DNA of 64,000 bases, from NCBI RefSeq assembly GCF_009914755.1, contig NC_060937.1. One strand, written 5' to 3'. Within the stretch, counting starts at the first letter, position 1, and each line of letters opens with the position of its first letter. The position numbers and the translations under genes were made by a program. This document shows, in pieces, positions 37,461 to 52,998 of the stretch. This stretch comes from the human T2T-CHM13v2.0 reference genome, Homo sapiens. Under the pieces are notes generated by a model. It saw nothing but the letters and a program-made list of their open reading frames with translations, did no database searches and was not told where the DNA came from.

Positions 37461-38199
37461 TTCAGAGGCAGCCACTGCATCTACCTAAGTCTGTGCTGCA
37501 ACAAGACCTCCAAAGTCCAAAGTACTGCAGAAAGCTTTTAATTTGCGTCATTTATTCCCAGGTCATTCGTAGTGGCCCTCTATCATGCTTACCTAGACTC
37601 TCAAAAACCCAAGTCACAAATCACTGTATATGTCATCTGTTGGAAAATTCTGAATCCCCCATCTCCCTCCTCCAGGCAAAAGTTATTTTGGCTTCACATC
37701 TCGTCTGTATAACAAAAGCTTGTCATAAAACGTATGTTCTACTGCCTATTCTAGGTGACCCACAAACAGTTATTTAAAATTTAATTATTCATCCTTTCCC
37801 TTCTTATGTCTTCAGGGGAATGATAAAAATATTCAGGCAAAGATCTGTGGATAGGTGAGGTGTCACCTTTAACCAGGGTAGCAGAATTAAATACAAGCTC
37901 TCACATCAAATCTCTCAGGATCAATATAATTACTTGATCTAATTGTTTTAAGATGAAGACTATTATATTGTTTGTTTTTCTCTGAATGTTTTTGTCTTTC
38001 CCAAAATACCGATTATGACTTTCATTAATTTTTCTTCATCATGGATCTGATATTATTTGAAAACAAATGTGTCCAAAATCCTTTAAAATACAGTTGAAGT
38101 GACATTGGTTGCAAATGCATGCTAGTCCACAAACTCAGTTACTGCAAACAAAATGCACATTAATTTTTTTTTTTAGATTAACTAGGCACCCCAGCACAA

Positions 38200-38588
38200 A
38201 CCCTTGTAACCATGCCCTTCACCTTCATATCAAAGGCCTATCTCACTCTGACATGTTCTGGCCAGTGGATGCAGGGAGATGGGAAGAGCACTGTATCAAA
38301 TGGGGCTGGCCTGCACTTGTTCCTTTTCCTTCCCATGAGAGAAGGCCAGGACAAAGCCCCTGAAGGATAAAACATATGGAGCAGTGTTAAGTTGCCTCAG
38401 TTGTCACAATCCATCCCAGACACAAAGCCAGCTGAGTGACCTCACCAAAACCAGAGATCTACTTAACCAAGCCCAGCCTAAATCACTGATGTGTAGACCC
38501 GTGAACCAAATAAATGAGGATTATTAAAGTCAATGTGTTTTGTGATAGCTTCTATACAGCATTATAATGACACTAGATAACTAATACA
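38200..38588 (+). mobile_element. MLT1H-like MaLR LTR
   Basis: ttctggccagtgg...agcccagcctaaatcactga...gtgaaccaaataaatg...tagataactaataca. Confidence 0.75.
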
Positions 38589-38855
38589 AAAATACACAAA
38601 GCATATTTTATGCATGTTTAAAGTAAAATAAATTTTTTAAAAAAACTGCAGTGACTGTGGAAATCAAAACAAAAACATACCTTATTCTGTTTGGAAATTA
38701 ACCAAACTTTTTCATCATTATAGAAAGTCACATCAACAATGGCAATGTTATCCATTATTTTAAAGTGACAGATGCAATCTGTCTGCATCATTCTATATTC
38801 AGGATGCCATATACATCATTTTACAGGTAAGCGTGCATGTGCAATAATATATATG

Positions 38856-39925
38856 CAGTCAATCTTCATTCTTTGCAGATTGCATATCTGTGAGTTTTTC
38901 TTACTAAAGTTTATTTTTATCCCCCAAATGAATACTCACAGTGCTTTCATAGTCATTCACAGATATGCTTAGAGTGATAGAAAATTTGAATTTTTAAGAA
39001 GCATGTTTGAATGAGGCTGAGTTGAACAAGGCAATGTCTTCTCTCCTTGTTACAGCTTTCATGCTGTAAACACTTGTTCTCCTCATGGTCTAGTGAGTGG
39101 CACTTTTTTTCAGCTTTGTGTTTTTGTGAGTAATTTTACTGTTTAAAGTGGCCCCCAAATGTAACACTAAAGTGTTGTATAGTATTCTCAATCACAAGAA
39201 GGCTGTGATGTGCCTTATGGGGAAAAATTCATATGTTAGAGAAGCTTTGTTCACGTGTGAGTTATAGATAGTGTTCTTGGCCATCCGATATTGGATTTCA
39301 GGGTTAATTATAAACAATCTATTAATAGCATATCCAGAAAAGTAGAAAAGAAATGTATCAATTTGCCTGTGAGGCTGCCCCAGAAAGTGCTAAAGTGATC
39401 CCTGGTGTGTGTAATAATGGTATGGAAAAGGTGGACAAAGGACCAAATTTATGGATTCATGAGATGATAACTGACTTTTAAAGATGCATTTGGCAGCATC
39501 ATTATGAAGCTGGAGGCCAAAGGAGCTTATGGTTACATGACCCAGCGTCAGAAAAATGTGAAACCCTGTTCCCAGCTAGCACTGGCTCACACACTTCATA
39601 GGGTGATACAGCATGAACACTTTCAGCTTGCAGGCAGGCAAGGTAGTCTCTCCAGATCAGGAGGCAGTGGAAGCATTTTTCAAATCCCTAATAACTGTTA
39701 TGTGAAAGAGCAGGTTTTCAACACTGATGAGACTGGCTTGTTTTACAAGGATGTTGGGAAACAAACCTGTATGAAACAAATGCATTTCAGTTAATGAAAA
39801 TGTTGTGGCCAGAGGCTTGCAGGACCCTAACTCTGTACTTCTCCTAGGAGCAATAATTCAGTATTCACTAATTCAGTATTCTCAGAAACTCTATAGAAAA
39901 TACCTACCATGAACAAGGAAGACTG
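38856..39925 (+). mobile_element. MER82/Tigger6-type DNA transposon with transposase remnant
   Basis: Termini cagtcaatcttcatt ... aagactg and MER82-like ends (aagaaggctgtgatgtgcctt; ctaggagcaataattcagtattc). The internal ORF encodes EQVFNTDETGLFYK, the first-Asp motif of pogo/Tigger transposases. Confidence 0.88.
39504..39794 (+). pseudogene. Decayed pogo/Tigger transposase fragment
   Basis: VFNTDETGLFYK motif present; upstream part frameshifted and the rest of the catalytic domain deleted. Confidence 0.8.
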
Positions 39926-40359
39926 CGTGTGTTGGGGGGCGGGGGTGGCAGGTGTGTTTGTGTGTGGGTGTTAAATATTGTTTCACTTCTCATACCCATC
40001 TTATTCATTATGAGCAACTGTAAAACTTTATCAACGTCATTACGGCTATTAGGGTTATCATGCCTGAACATTAAACATATGAATATGTATGCATATATAG
40101 ACACTTTTAACATGAATTACTCTTCTTTTTTATTTTACAGTAAGTATACAATTTTACTAATTTTTAGAAATTACATGTGAAGTAGCTATATTAAATGTAA
40201 GTTTTATTGCAGAATTGTAAAGGGAACCCTATACAAAACAATTTAGTTCTCCTAAGATTAAACACCACTAAGGTAGATCACTCATGTAGAAAAGGAAGGC
40301 TAGATTCTGTTTAAATTTTTAAAAGAATATAAAATTGATTTTACTGAGAGAATTAGAGA

Positions 40360-41050
40360 AGTAGAGAAAAATTTAAAAATCATGGGTCAACTGTTGATCA
40401 TTTGGAAATTGCAAGTTTAGATATCAAATGCATATCTTACATCAAAATGAAGTCCTCATGAAATAGATACACATGTGAAATCTGAAATAATAAAATAAGA
40501 AGGGATTTTAAATATGTGTTTTGGAAAGACAAAATTACCTGAGAAACTGTAAAGACAAACAATAATTATACAAAAATTGTAACACTTTGTGTAAAAAATT
40601 ACATAAAACTGAAAGATAAAATGGGAAGTGATAGGATTTTTGCTGATTAAATTGATAAAGACTAGGTTGAGTGTTGAGGACAAGTATCAGTAACTCTGTA
40701 AGAGATGTGTGGTCATATGATGGTACATTTTTATAACTTTTCCGAAAAAGCAGTTGGTCATGTATCATACCTCAAAATCCCTAAAATTCTTGACCTAGTG
40801 ATTTTACATTTAGGCATGTATCAAAAGTATACAAACATATATACATAAGTACATAAATGTATGCATATATATACACATACACACATATATATGATATTCT
40901 TTACAACCTTTTTTATAATAGCGTAGTATTAGAGGTAACCTACATCTTAGTAATTAAGGATTCATTGAATAAAACTGTTGAAAATATTGTATTTTAATAA
41001 GTTGGGAAAACTGTTTATAGGCTGAAAGAAAATACTGAATAAGAAGGAGA
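40360..41050 (+). mobile_element. Old L1ME 3' ORF2/UTR fragments
   Basis: caactgttgatcatttggaaa...atcttacatcaaaatgaagtcc...ttgacctagtgattttacatttaggcat. Confidence 0.55.
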
Positions 41051-41945
41051 TTGATGATACAGGGATGGAAAGAAATAGATGATGAACCACTATTTCAGAG
41101 GACATAGGTGAATGATAAATATTTACAATGTACTAGAGGATACAGTAGAGTGAAGGAAGTGGAGGAGAGCATCTCCTTCATTACTAGTTAGACAACCTCT
41201 GGATCCGTAGTGTGAGAGAGTAGAATATAAGAGAAATTAAGCCCAACAGGCTCTTCTTTATGAAACATGAGATAAATTAACTGCTGAAGTTGACAGAGTA
41301 AGAGTGTGAGGAGGACTCTGGTTATGACATCAGTATAGAGCTCCGTCCCCCACCCCTAACACATATTTTCACTGGCTTTATCCTTTGATATAAAAAACTG
41401 ATAAGGCACAGCCAGATGGAAGAGGAGTTAGTCATTCAGCTGTGCCAGGGAAGCTCCAGGTGCCTTCTGACTGTCACACTGATTAAACGGAGCAGGTTAT
41501 ACAGAAGAACTCCAGGGATGACACAGGATTCCATAAGGAGGCAGGTGGAGTGTGGTCCTGCTGAGGAAGGTAGTATGAAAAGTCTGCATATTTCTGGTTA
41601 AAACTCAACCCAGGATTGTCAAAAGATGATATTGTTCGACCTTCCTCTGTGTCCATGCCCCTCCATCATACTGAAGCTAATTGGGTCTCAGAAAATAAAT
41701 GATTTTTTTTAAAAAAAGCAATGGCAAAAGACCCTGGACTTGAAGACAGGTAGTCTACAAAGGTGAGATGCAGGCCTAAAAAATAAGAGATGAAAAGCAA
41801 TTAAGCTAATATCTTCATTATCCTATTTTTTTAAGTGAATAGGCAAACATGAAGTACCAGATTTTGAGAAAAGTACCTAATATGATAGATTAGAGTATAC
41901 ACATCAATTACAGGTCTGGAGAAAGAGAACACAATGTAGGTAGGA

Positions 41946-42781
41946 TGTAAACCAAAACTCAGATTCTTAGCCCCTCAATTGACTGAATGAACCCTGCTCT
42001 AGGCCAAACAAACACAAGGAAACTTGGAGGTCATCATGGGAAAGGAGTGGTCAGACAGGCGCACGATCATTGTGTGCTTGGGAGTTCAAGCACACAACTG
42101 ACCAGCATTAACATTAAAATAGAGATGCTAAGACTGACAGAACAGACTCTTTGTAGCAATAAGGTACCAACTCCAACCTAATGCTGGTATATCACATGAC
42201 AGATAAGAGAACTTAAAAGGAAATCAAAGCATTCTACCCCAAAATGTATTTCTTCAACATATTTTGAGGTGGCCCTGCAAAGCTATCTGGTGTGGAGGGA
42301 AATCTACATTCTGTAGAGAATCACCTTCCTTTACTAGTTCTCTTCAGAGAGTCTGACACCCTTGGTAAGAGACATTCACATCTATTCTCCCTAATGACAA
42401 GAACCTTGGCTCCCACAATCCCCACTAGCTACCTTAACTCAAGCTGATTTCAACTCTTCAGCCAGAGCTTAATGCTTTTAACCAATTGCCAATCAGGAAA
42501 TCTTTAAATCCACCTATGACCTGAAAGCATCTCCCTCCCCTTTTGAGATGTTCTTCCTTTCCAGGCTAAACCAACACATACCTCACATGTATTGATTTAT
42601 GTCTCTGCCTATAAATTCTATTCTCTCTCCCTAAAATGTATAAAAATCAAGGTATAACCCAACCACCTTGGGCACATGTTCTCAGGACTTCCTGAGGTTA
42701 TATCACAGGACGTGATCTTTTACCTGGGCAAAATCAGCCTTTAAATTGATTAAGATCTGTCTCAGATACTTTTGGTTTACA
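41946..42781 (+). mobile_element. MER4 (MER4E/D-like) ERV1 solo LTR, full length
   Basis: tgtaaaccaaaa...ctgtctcagatacttttggtttaca; perfect 4-bp TSD AGGA; TATA-like aaaatgtataaaa at ~42633. Confidence 0.92.
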
Positions 42782-43580
42782 AGGACAAGGTAGGAAAAAA
42801 AAAAACTTTTGTTTATTATATATAAAGACTTCATAGTCATAATCAATAGGAAGACTTCAAAGAGTAACTAAATAGTAAGAACTCTTACAAGTAAAACCAT
42901 GGCCAGCAAAAAATTCAACAGATATTTTGAAAGATAAGGTTGAGAAACTTTCCCTGAAAATAAGAGTAAAAAATTAAGTTATGGAGAAATATGAGAAAAA
43001 ATATAAAAATGAGGAACATATATATTCAATTCTGAGTCATTCTAGAAAAACAAGGAAAGAAAAGGATTTTTTGGATGTATTAGTAGGATAATAATTTCTA
43101 AAATCTAACACATATGTCTTTCAACCAGAAGGAATAACTGTGTACCTAAGAATATAATTAGGAAGTATCAAAATACTCCAGATAATAAGATTTTGAAAAC
43201 GTTCAGAGAAGTCAGGTAAAGGAAAGAATTAACTTTCTCTGCAGCAATGCTTGAAGCCAGAAAAAATATAGGACAATGATTTTAAAAATCTGAGTAAAAA
43301 GATTTTTAATCTTAGAATTGTATACCTAGCCAAATTATCGTGCCAATATGAGAAGCAAAGAAAGACATTTGCAGATATATCAGGATCCACCATATGTGTC
43401 TCTTTCTTAGGAAACCACTAGCAATTGTGCCCTTGGAAAATAAAGAGTTTAATTTTTCAAAAAAATTCATGGAAATAGCCAGGTAAGTTATATAGAGATG
43501 TCGGGGAATAACAATAAAAGAAAATACGGGGATGATATCTATGCAATGTGCCAAGAGAACCTTAACTGAAATATCAACTA

Positions 43581-43616
43581 ATCATCATCATCATCATTAT
43601 CATCATCATCATCATC
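43581..43616. repeat. (ATC)n trinucleotide repeat
   Basis: ~12 units with one interruption. Confidence 0.95.
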
Positions 43617-43971
43617 TATCTTGGGTCTAGATAAACATTCAGAATGTGTACTGACAGGCGTTTACAGATGTAATGAAAATTTGTAAAATATATATAAGTA
43701 GTTATCTAAGGCTACCTAATAAAAGGATGAAACGGATGCAAATTCCGAGAAGTGTGCAGATTAATCAGACTATCATATAATCACTGTACGGCTAGACATT
43801 TACATAATTAGTTTTTATGTTTACATGAAATTTTTTAATGAATCTAATCCAATAAATTTTGGTCTGAATTTCTATTTTAACTAGGATACAGTTCTGAAAA
43901 TAGATAATCTGGTCAAAGTCCAATGCTTTTTTTTAAGGCATTTGAAATATAAAGGTAATTATTTTTGCAGG

Positions 43972-44031
43972 CACATACATACACACATACATATGCACAT
44001 ACACATATACATACATACATATATACACATA
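43972..44031. repeat. (CA/CATA)n compound microsatellite
   Basis: seen directly. Confidence 0.85.
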
Positions 44032-46149
44032 TTTCAACATACTGTTTTAAGGAGAGTGTGTAACTTATTCCTTCTTCATTAGCACTAAGATTGATATTGA
44101 TATATGTTGTACATATTTAATACTCAAAATAGATCTAAATTTTGTTCTAAATTTTTCAGTTAAAAAGGTTACATAAGAGTAGATGACTCCATGATGTTTT
44201 TAAGAAAAGAGAATGTTCTTTCATTTCCTATCAAAGACAATCATCTTTTTGTCTCTTCTTTCTGCTATTTTAAAGCATCAATTTAATTCAGGGAGCTGTT
44301 AAGACAGAGAAAATAAGTTTCAAACTATATACTTTTGACAGAGGTTTTATATTTATTCTGCTATTGCTAGGGCTCAGTGATACTCTATTGAATCTTACAT
44401 TTTTCTTTATATCACTGAGAATGCAATTTATCAGATGGACTGTAAGTGCAATTTCATGAAGAAAAAAACTATGAAATTGACACTTTGGTTCTCAACATAT
44501 CTGTTACTGGTGTTCTTTTAAGTTATAAATCTGTTTGCTGTACACAAGAACAAGTTGTTTTTGCTGCCACTAGAAGTAAAGAGTCAATAGAGTTATGGTA
44601 GAGTGAGCTGAATTCCATACTTCCCGCACATCATGAGCTAAATTGTCAATGAAGTAAATCCTAAGAACTTGTGGTATCAGTCCCTGTGTGAGAAGCAGAA
44701 AGAACGGTTTGATTTTTAAGGTCCCAGACTGAGTCTGTAGTGCTGTCAGTTATTGAAATCTCCTTTTTCTTTATAAATGTTAAACGTTACTGTAAGTCAT
44801 TGAGAAGGAATAAGTACAGACCCCTTCACAATCATATTTCCATGGAAGTACTTTGCCAACTCTAACTGCATTTGGAGAAATACTTTTTTTCTTCACTTAT
44901 ACAATTTCTTTCAATCTCTATCAGGATTGTTCCTTGGTCCCTCAAGCTCTTTATTTTTCAAGGTTATAGGTTTCTCTGTTCTACTTCCATTCATCATGTA
45001 CTGTTTCAAGTAAAATTTATTAATAATATTTTAGATATTTGTCTTTTTTTACTGTTCATAGGTGCATTGATCATATCAATTAAAAAGTATAGAACTTTTA
45101 ATTCAACAACTGAGTTACTATAATTTCCTTCCACACGACAGAACTGGCAATGGGTTTATTGAGTCAATTCCAATCTCCTAAAGCAGATTCTTTATTTACA
45201 TGTAAATACTTAGATTGCTTAAGTTCAGAAGCATTCTGAATACCTGTGCTTTTTGCTATACAAAATTCTCTAGACTATGATTTCTTTAAAATTAAATTAT
45301 ATGTGGGTGATTCTATTCCATAAAAATGGCAACGGCGAGTTTGAGAAAAATCACATTCTCAGTGCTATCTTTTATGCCTTCTCATGCATTAATTTAACTT
45401 TTTTAAGGAAAAAATAGTAATTGTTGAGTCATAGTCTGTGCTACATGCTGAAAGTCAAAATGAAGACAATTCTTACTTACGTGATTACCAAGTTGTTGCT
45501 ATCCCACCAAGTATTATCTTTAAGGCATTATCATTGGGAAATGTAGAAAGTCTCTGTTGTTAAAAAAAAAAAAAAAAAAGGCCTGAAGAAAAAGAACACA
45601 TAAAATAGTTCTAAAAAATATGAAAAAAATATAATACAAACAATGACTTTTAGCTTATCTTCGCAAGAACATCGTGACAAATAATGAACTTGTGTATGGT
45701 CATTTCCAAACCTTGGATTTACTAGATTGTCACTTGACAAAATAATGACGGTCTCTACCCTTATGCTCTTCACTATGGCAGACCCCTGTCATGATCAAGT
45801 CCAATATCCATCAGTGCCAAATACTCATGACAAATGATCTTGATCTGTTGATAAGTCCTAGACTTACCATTCTAGTACCATAGTTGATTGCTTGTAATTC
45901 CAGGAAGCTACTCACCATTCCTCAGACACACAATGCATTTTTATGCCACGATGCTCTAATTGGCATAAGAATTAGACCTGAGGAATCCCCCAAACACCCA
46001 TAAAAAGGGGAAATAAAATTGCCCTTGGAGATTAAACTGTAAAATCAACATGTAGGGAAGAAAATCCAATTTAAAGAGATGGAATGCCTCCAGGGCCAGA
46101 AGGATTTTATTCTGAAGGATTAACTACATTAACATCTCTAAAGAAAAAG

Positions 46150-46865
46150 TGTAGGGAATTACAAACAGATGTCAATCAATACATGTAAGGTGTACATTGG
46201 TTTGGTCTGGAAAAACAGGACATCTCAAAGTGGGTGAGGGATTTCTAGGTCATATGTGGATTCAAAGATTTTCTGACAGGCAACTGGTTGAAATCATTAG
46301 GTTTTTCTTAAATAGTTGAAGTCAGCAGAAAGAAATTTGAGGAATTCAGGGGAATTGTGGAAGCTAAGGTTATGCAGATGAAGACTCCAGGTAGCAGGCT
46401 TCAGAGACAGTAGATGACAAGTGTCTTCATATCAGACCTTAAAAGGGGCTAGACTCTCCTGAAAAGACCTTGTAAGGGAAGGAGATTCTCTATAGAATGT
46501 AAATTTCCCCCATAAGAGGCAGCTTTGCAGGGCCATTCTAAAGTATGTCAAAGAAATATATTTTGCGGTAAAATATTTGAATCTCTTTCAGGACCTGTTA
46601 CCCGCCATGTGATGCTATACTAGAATCAGGTTGGAATTTGGTATCTTACTGCTACCAAGAGTCTGCTTTGTCAGTCCTAAGACCTCTGTTTTAATGTTAA
46701 TACTGGTCAGTTGTGCCTGAATTCCAAAGGGAGGAGAGTATAATGAGCCATGGCTGACCCTCCTTTCCCATCATGACCTCTACTAGTTTTTCAGGTTAAC
46801 TTTGGAATGCCCTTAGGGATTCATTCAGTCACCTGGGGAGCTTAGAATTTTATTTTTGTTTTACA
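46150..46865 (-). mobile_element. MER4 (MER4D/E-like) ERV1 LTR, 3'-truncated
   Basis: atcaatacatgtaaggtgtacattggtttgg...ttaatgttaatactggtcagttgtgcctgaattcc...cttagaattttatttttgttttaca; same family as 41946-42781, opposite strand. Confidence 0.9.
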
Positions 46866-47699
46866 CCATGTATCCTCACATACATACATATGCCTAGGGT
46901 GGCGAGATATCTCTTCTAAAATTAGACCATCAGTCATTCTGAGATGCATGAACTAGAAGATGAAAGTTAGGCTTAAATTTTAAGATGAATATTCAATGTT
47001 CTGCTTTTAATTAATAATTTAATAATATAAGCATATATATCCCCAATTTTTAACTCCAAAATTTCTTCATTCATTCATTGAAATATATTTATTGAATAAG
47101 GACTGTTTTAAATATTAGAACATTAATGAAAAATTAGGATTTGTTTTGTACCATACTATGTATATTCTGTTTCATTGTTGAGTCCAAATGTTGTTCAGAA
47201 CACTAAAATATTTTCATGTCATTACTTCCATGATGAAAGTCTGTGTATAATTCTGAAATACTTTTAATAAATATAAGTGAATAAGGAGGACAATATTTTG
47301 CATAATTTATACCATTTGCTTTTGCACTTATTAAAAGAAAAAAAATTTATGTCTTCAGTTCTGCAGTTGGTTTTGTTTTGTTTTTCATTTTCTTAAACTA
47401 ATATTAGAAATAGCTACAATGTGTCTTATATTTATCTGTTAGAATTTTGGTAACTTGAGTCAATTTCCTATACTCTTTCTGACTGAAAATGTTGAATTTA
47501 TCTGAGCCTATTGCTCTGGGAAGACAGCAAAGGTTAAGAAATCGCTGTTCCCATTTGTGTTTTTAGACTAAACACAAAGGATCACCCTGCCCTTGTAGGA
47601 AGTAAGGCTCACCTCCACCCTTCCACAATGTCTTCTTAGTTTCATAAAATCTCAAGTTTTCCTTGTCTTCTTTGAGACATTCCTAATTAATTAACTTTC

Positions 47700-50558
<2,859 letters not shown>

Positions 50559-50689
50559 ATTTCCTCTATTTCAATAGTTTGACTACAATCACAGGACAAA
50601 GAGCTAGAGTAATTCATTTTATTGAATTAGACATTGATTAATTCATTGAGGAACTCTCATGCACACTCTTCCAGTATATGCTACCTTCA

Positions 50690-51005
50690 AAATCTCTATA
50701 GCTGGAATCCCCTTCCCATACATCCTTGTTGGTAACCTACTTAAATTTCTTGTTTTGGAAAAAATGTCACCTTTTTTATGAAGACTTTTCTCATCCATTT
50801 AGTTCCAATTATTTGTTTTCTAACAATTTCATATACATATCATAAATTATATAACAATTGGTCATGATTGTTTATGTTTGTGTCTCCACAATCAGAACAC
50901 GGTTGGTATTTCTGCTGTGAAGCTCACTGGCAAACACATTCTGGGTGATCAATACATGTTTGTTGACACCCAACATTGATGAATGAATGTGTGATTAATG
51001 AACGA
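50690..51005 (+). mobile_element. L2 3' end
   Basis: aaatgtcaccttttttatgaagactttt...gtttatgtttgtgtctcc...tcaatacatgtttgttga...gaatgaatg. Confidence 0.65.
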
Positions 51006-52664
51006 GTGCATTAGGAACAGTTCTCACAACTCCCAATGGCCTTTCTTTTATTTGTGTAAATCCTACCAAGACTTTTATCTATATACAACAATGGTAACAT
51101 TATGAGATCAGCTAAGTTATTCTTTTTACCATATTTTTGTTCCATATTATATACTTTGTAATTACATTCACAGCTACTGTAGCTCCTTCATTTCTCATTA
51201 GGAGAATAGAGAAGGAATCAGTGATACTTGGCATTCAATTGACAACTTCTTTGATGACTAGAATAACTTACTATGCCTGCTAGTGCATATAATACCACCT
51301 GACAGTAACTAAGACATGTCATTTTCCAGAGTAGTTGTGTATCTCAAATAAATTATTTTACTAAGTGTACCACAAATCACTAAAACATTTAATAATGTCA
51401 TGAAGAGAGTAGTATCCCAGGTAGTAATTTAACTATAGAGAAAATCTGGGTAAATATTTGTAATTTAAGACAGATACAATGAAACTATAGTGTGAATGGA
51501 CATTTAAAAAGTTGAAAATGTAAGACTTTGAGAAAGACCCCTGGTATTGATTGGAAAGATTATATCTGGTAGTTACAGAGGAATGTGTGGTATGGAGCTG
51601 ATGTGAGCTTCATGGAATCCATTTTTTAGCTAGTTTAGATCATGTATGTTTCAAGCTGCTTTTATCCCTAGTTAAAATATTATTTTTGGATTTTTAAAAA
51701 TGCCTAATTTAAAAGCTCAACAGCAATTTGGAGCAATTTGGACTATAAAATTGCACTGTTGTTATAACCTCATGATGAGATAAGATTAAATGAATCAGAA
51801 ATGATGCATTAACTCCATATTACAATATGCAAGCATTTAAAACCTTAAGAGGGTGAATGTTCTTGGTAGATAATCAAGGATTTGCTATTTCTAAACATTT
51901 TAAAAGTGGCTGATGTTTGCCAGAAAAAGCTGTTTCCAGACCTACTAATCTCTATTCATTAAAGTCTTCTACAAATGCAGGGTAAAAAGCAAGCTTCGAG
52001 CTTCACCTGTTAATATGCCCATGGGACATTGCAACACTCTTACCAGAGCCAGCCAAAATCTTGATTGAAAAACTAAAAGAATTTTCATGCTAGTAAACCC
52101 AGTTTATATTCCAAACACCATGCCATGGCAATCCACAGGTCTCACTTTTTAATTCTCTCTGCTCCAGCTCTATCCGATGCTTGACTTTTTAAGTCTGGGA
52201 CACACATATTATTATCATACAGACTTATTCTTGAAATGTGCAGGGCTTTCTGTGATAAAAGGTAAAATCATGATCGATTACATGTGAATTAAATAGAAAA
52301 ATGTATCTTTTTATTTTCAGGTAATATTATTATTTTTACAGTTTTTTTTGTGACAGAGTGCTGAATTAATATACATGAACAATTTCAACTTTAGAGGTAG
52401 ACAAGAACGGGAGTGATATAGCACCATTTGCCAAAGGGTTGCTCTCAGTTCTTTCTGGGGCTGTTTTCCTGGCTGTTTTTGCATGCCAGAGCTTGTGCAA
52501 AAATTTTTTTTGAGATTAACTTTGAAATGCATTTTTCCCATGCATTAATCAATATCAAAAATTATGTTAAAACAAAAATAACTAGTCACTTGTATAATTT
52601 TAATAGATAATATTTATAATACATTTGATTACATTATTTTTAATTAATATTTATTAAACTGTAA

Positions 52665-52998
<334 letters not shown>

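Larger units (their letters stand above)
41800..43880 (+). mobile_element. HAL1 element interrupted by a MER4 LTR
   Basis: ttgaaagataaggttgagaaactttcc...gcaatgcttgaagccagaa...cttagaattgtatacctagccaaattatc...tttcttaggaaaccactag match HAL1 ORF1-like consensus. Confidence 0.75.

Noticed and set aside
52500-52565. Imperfect AT-rich hairpin (similar ones at ~7690-7730 and ~44446-44483)
   Set aside because: Expected by chance at this AT content; no miRNA- or MITE-like features.
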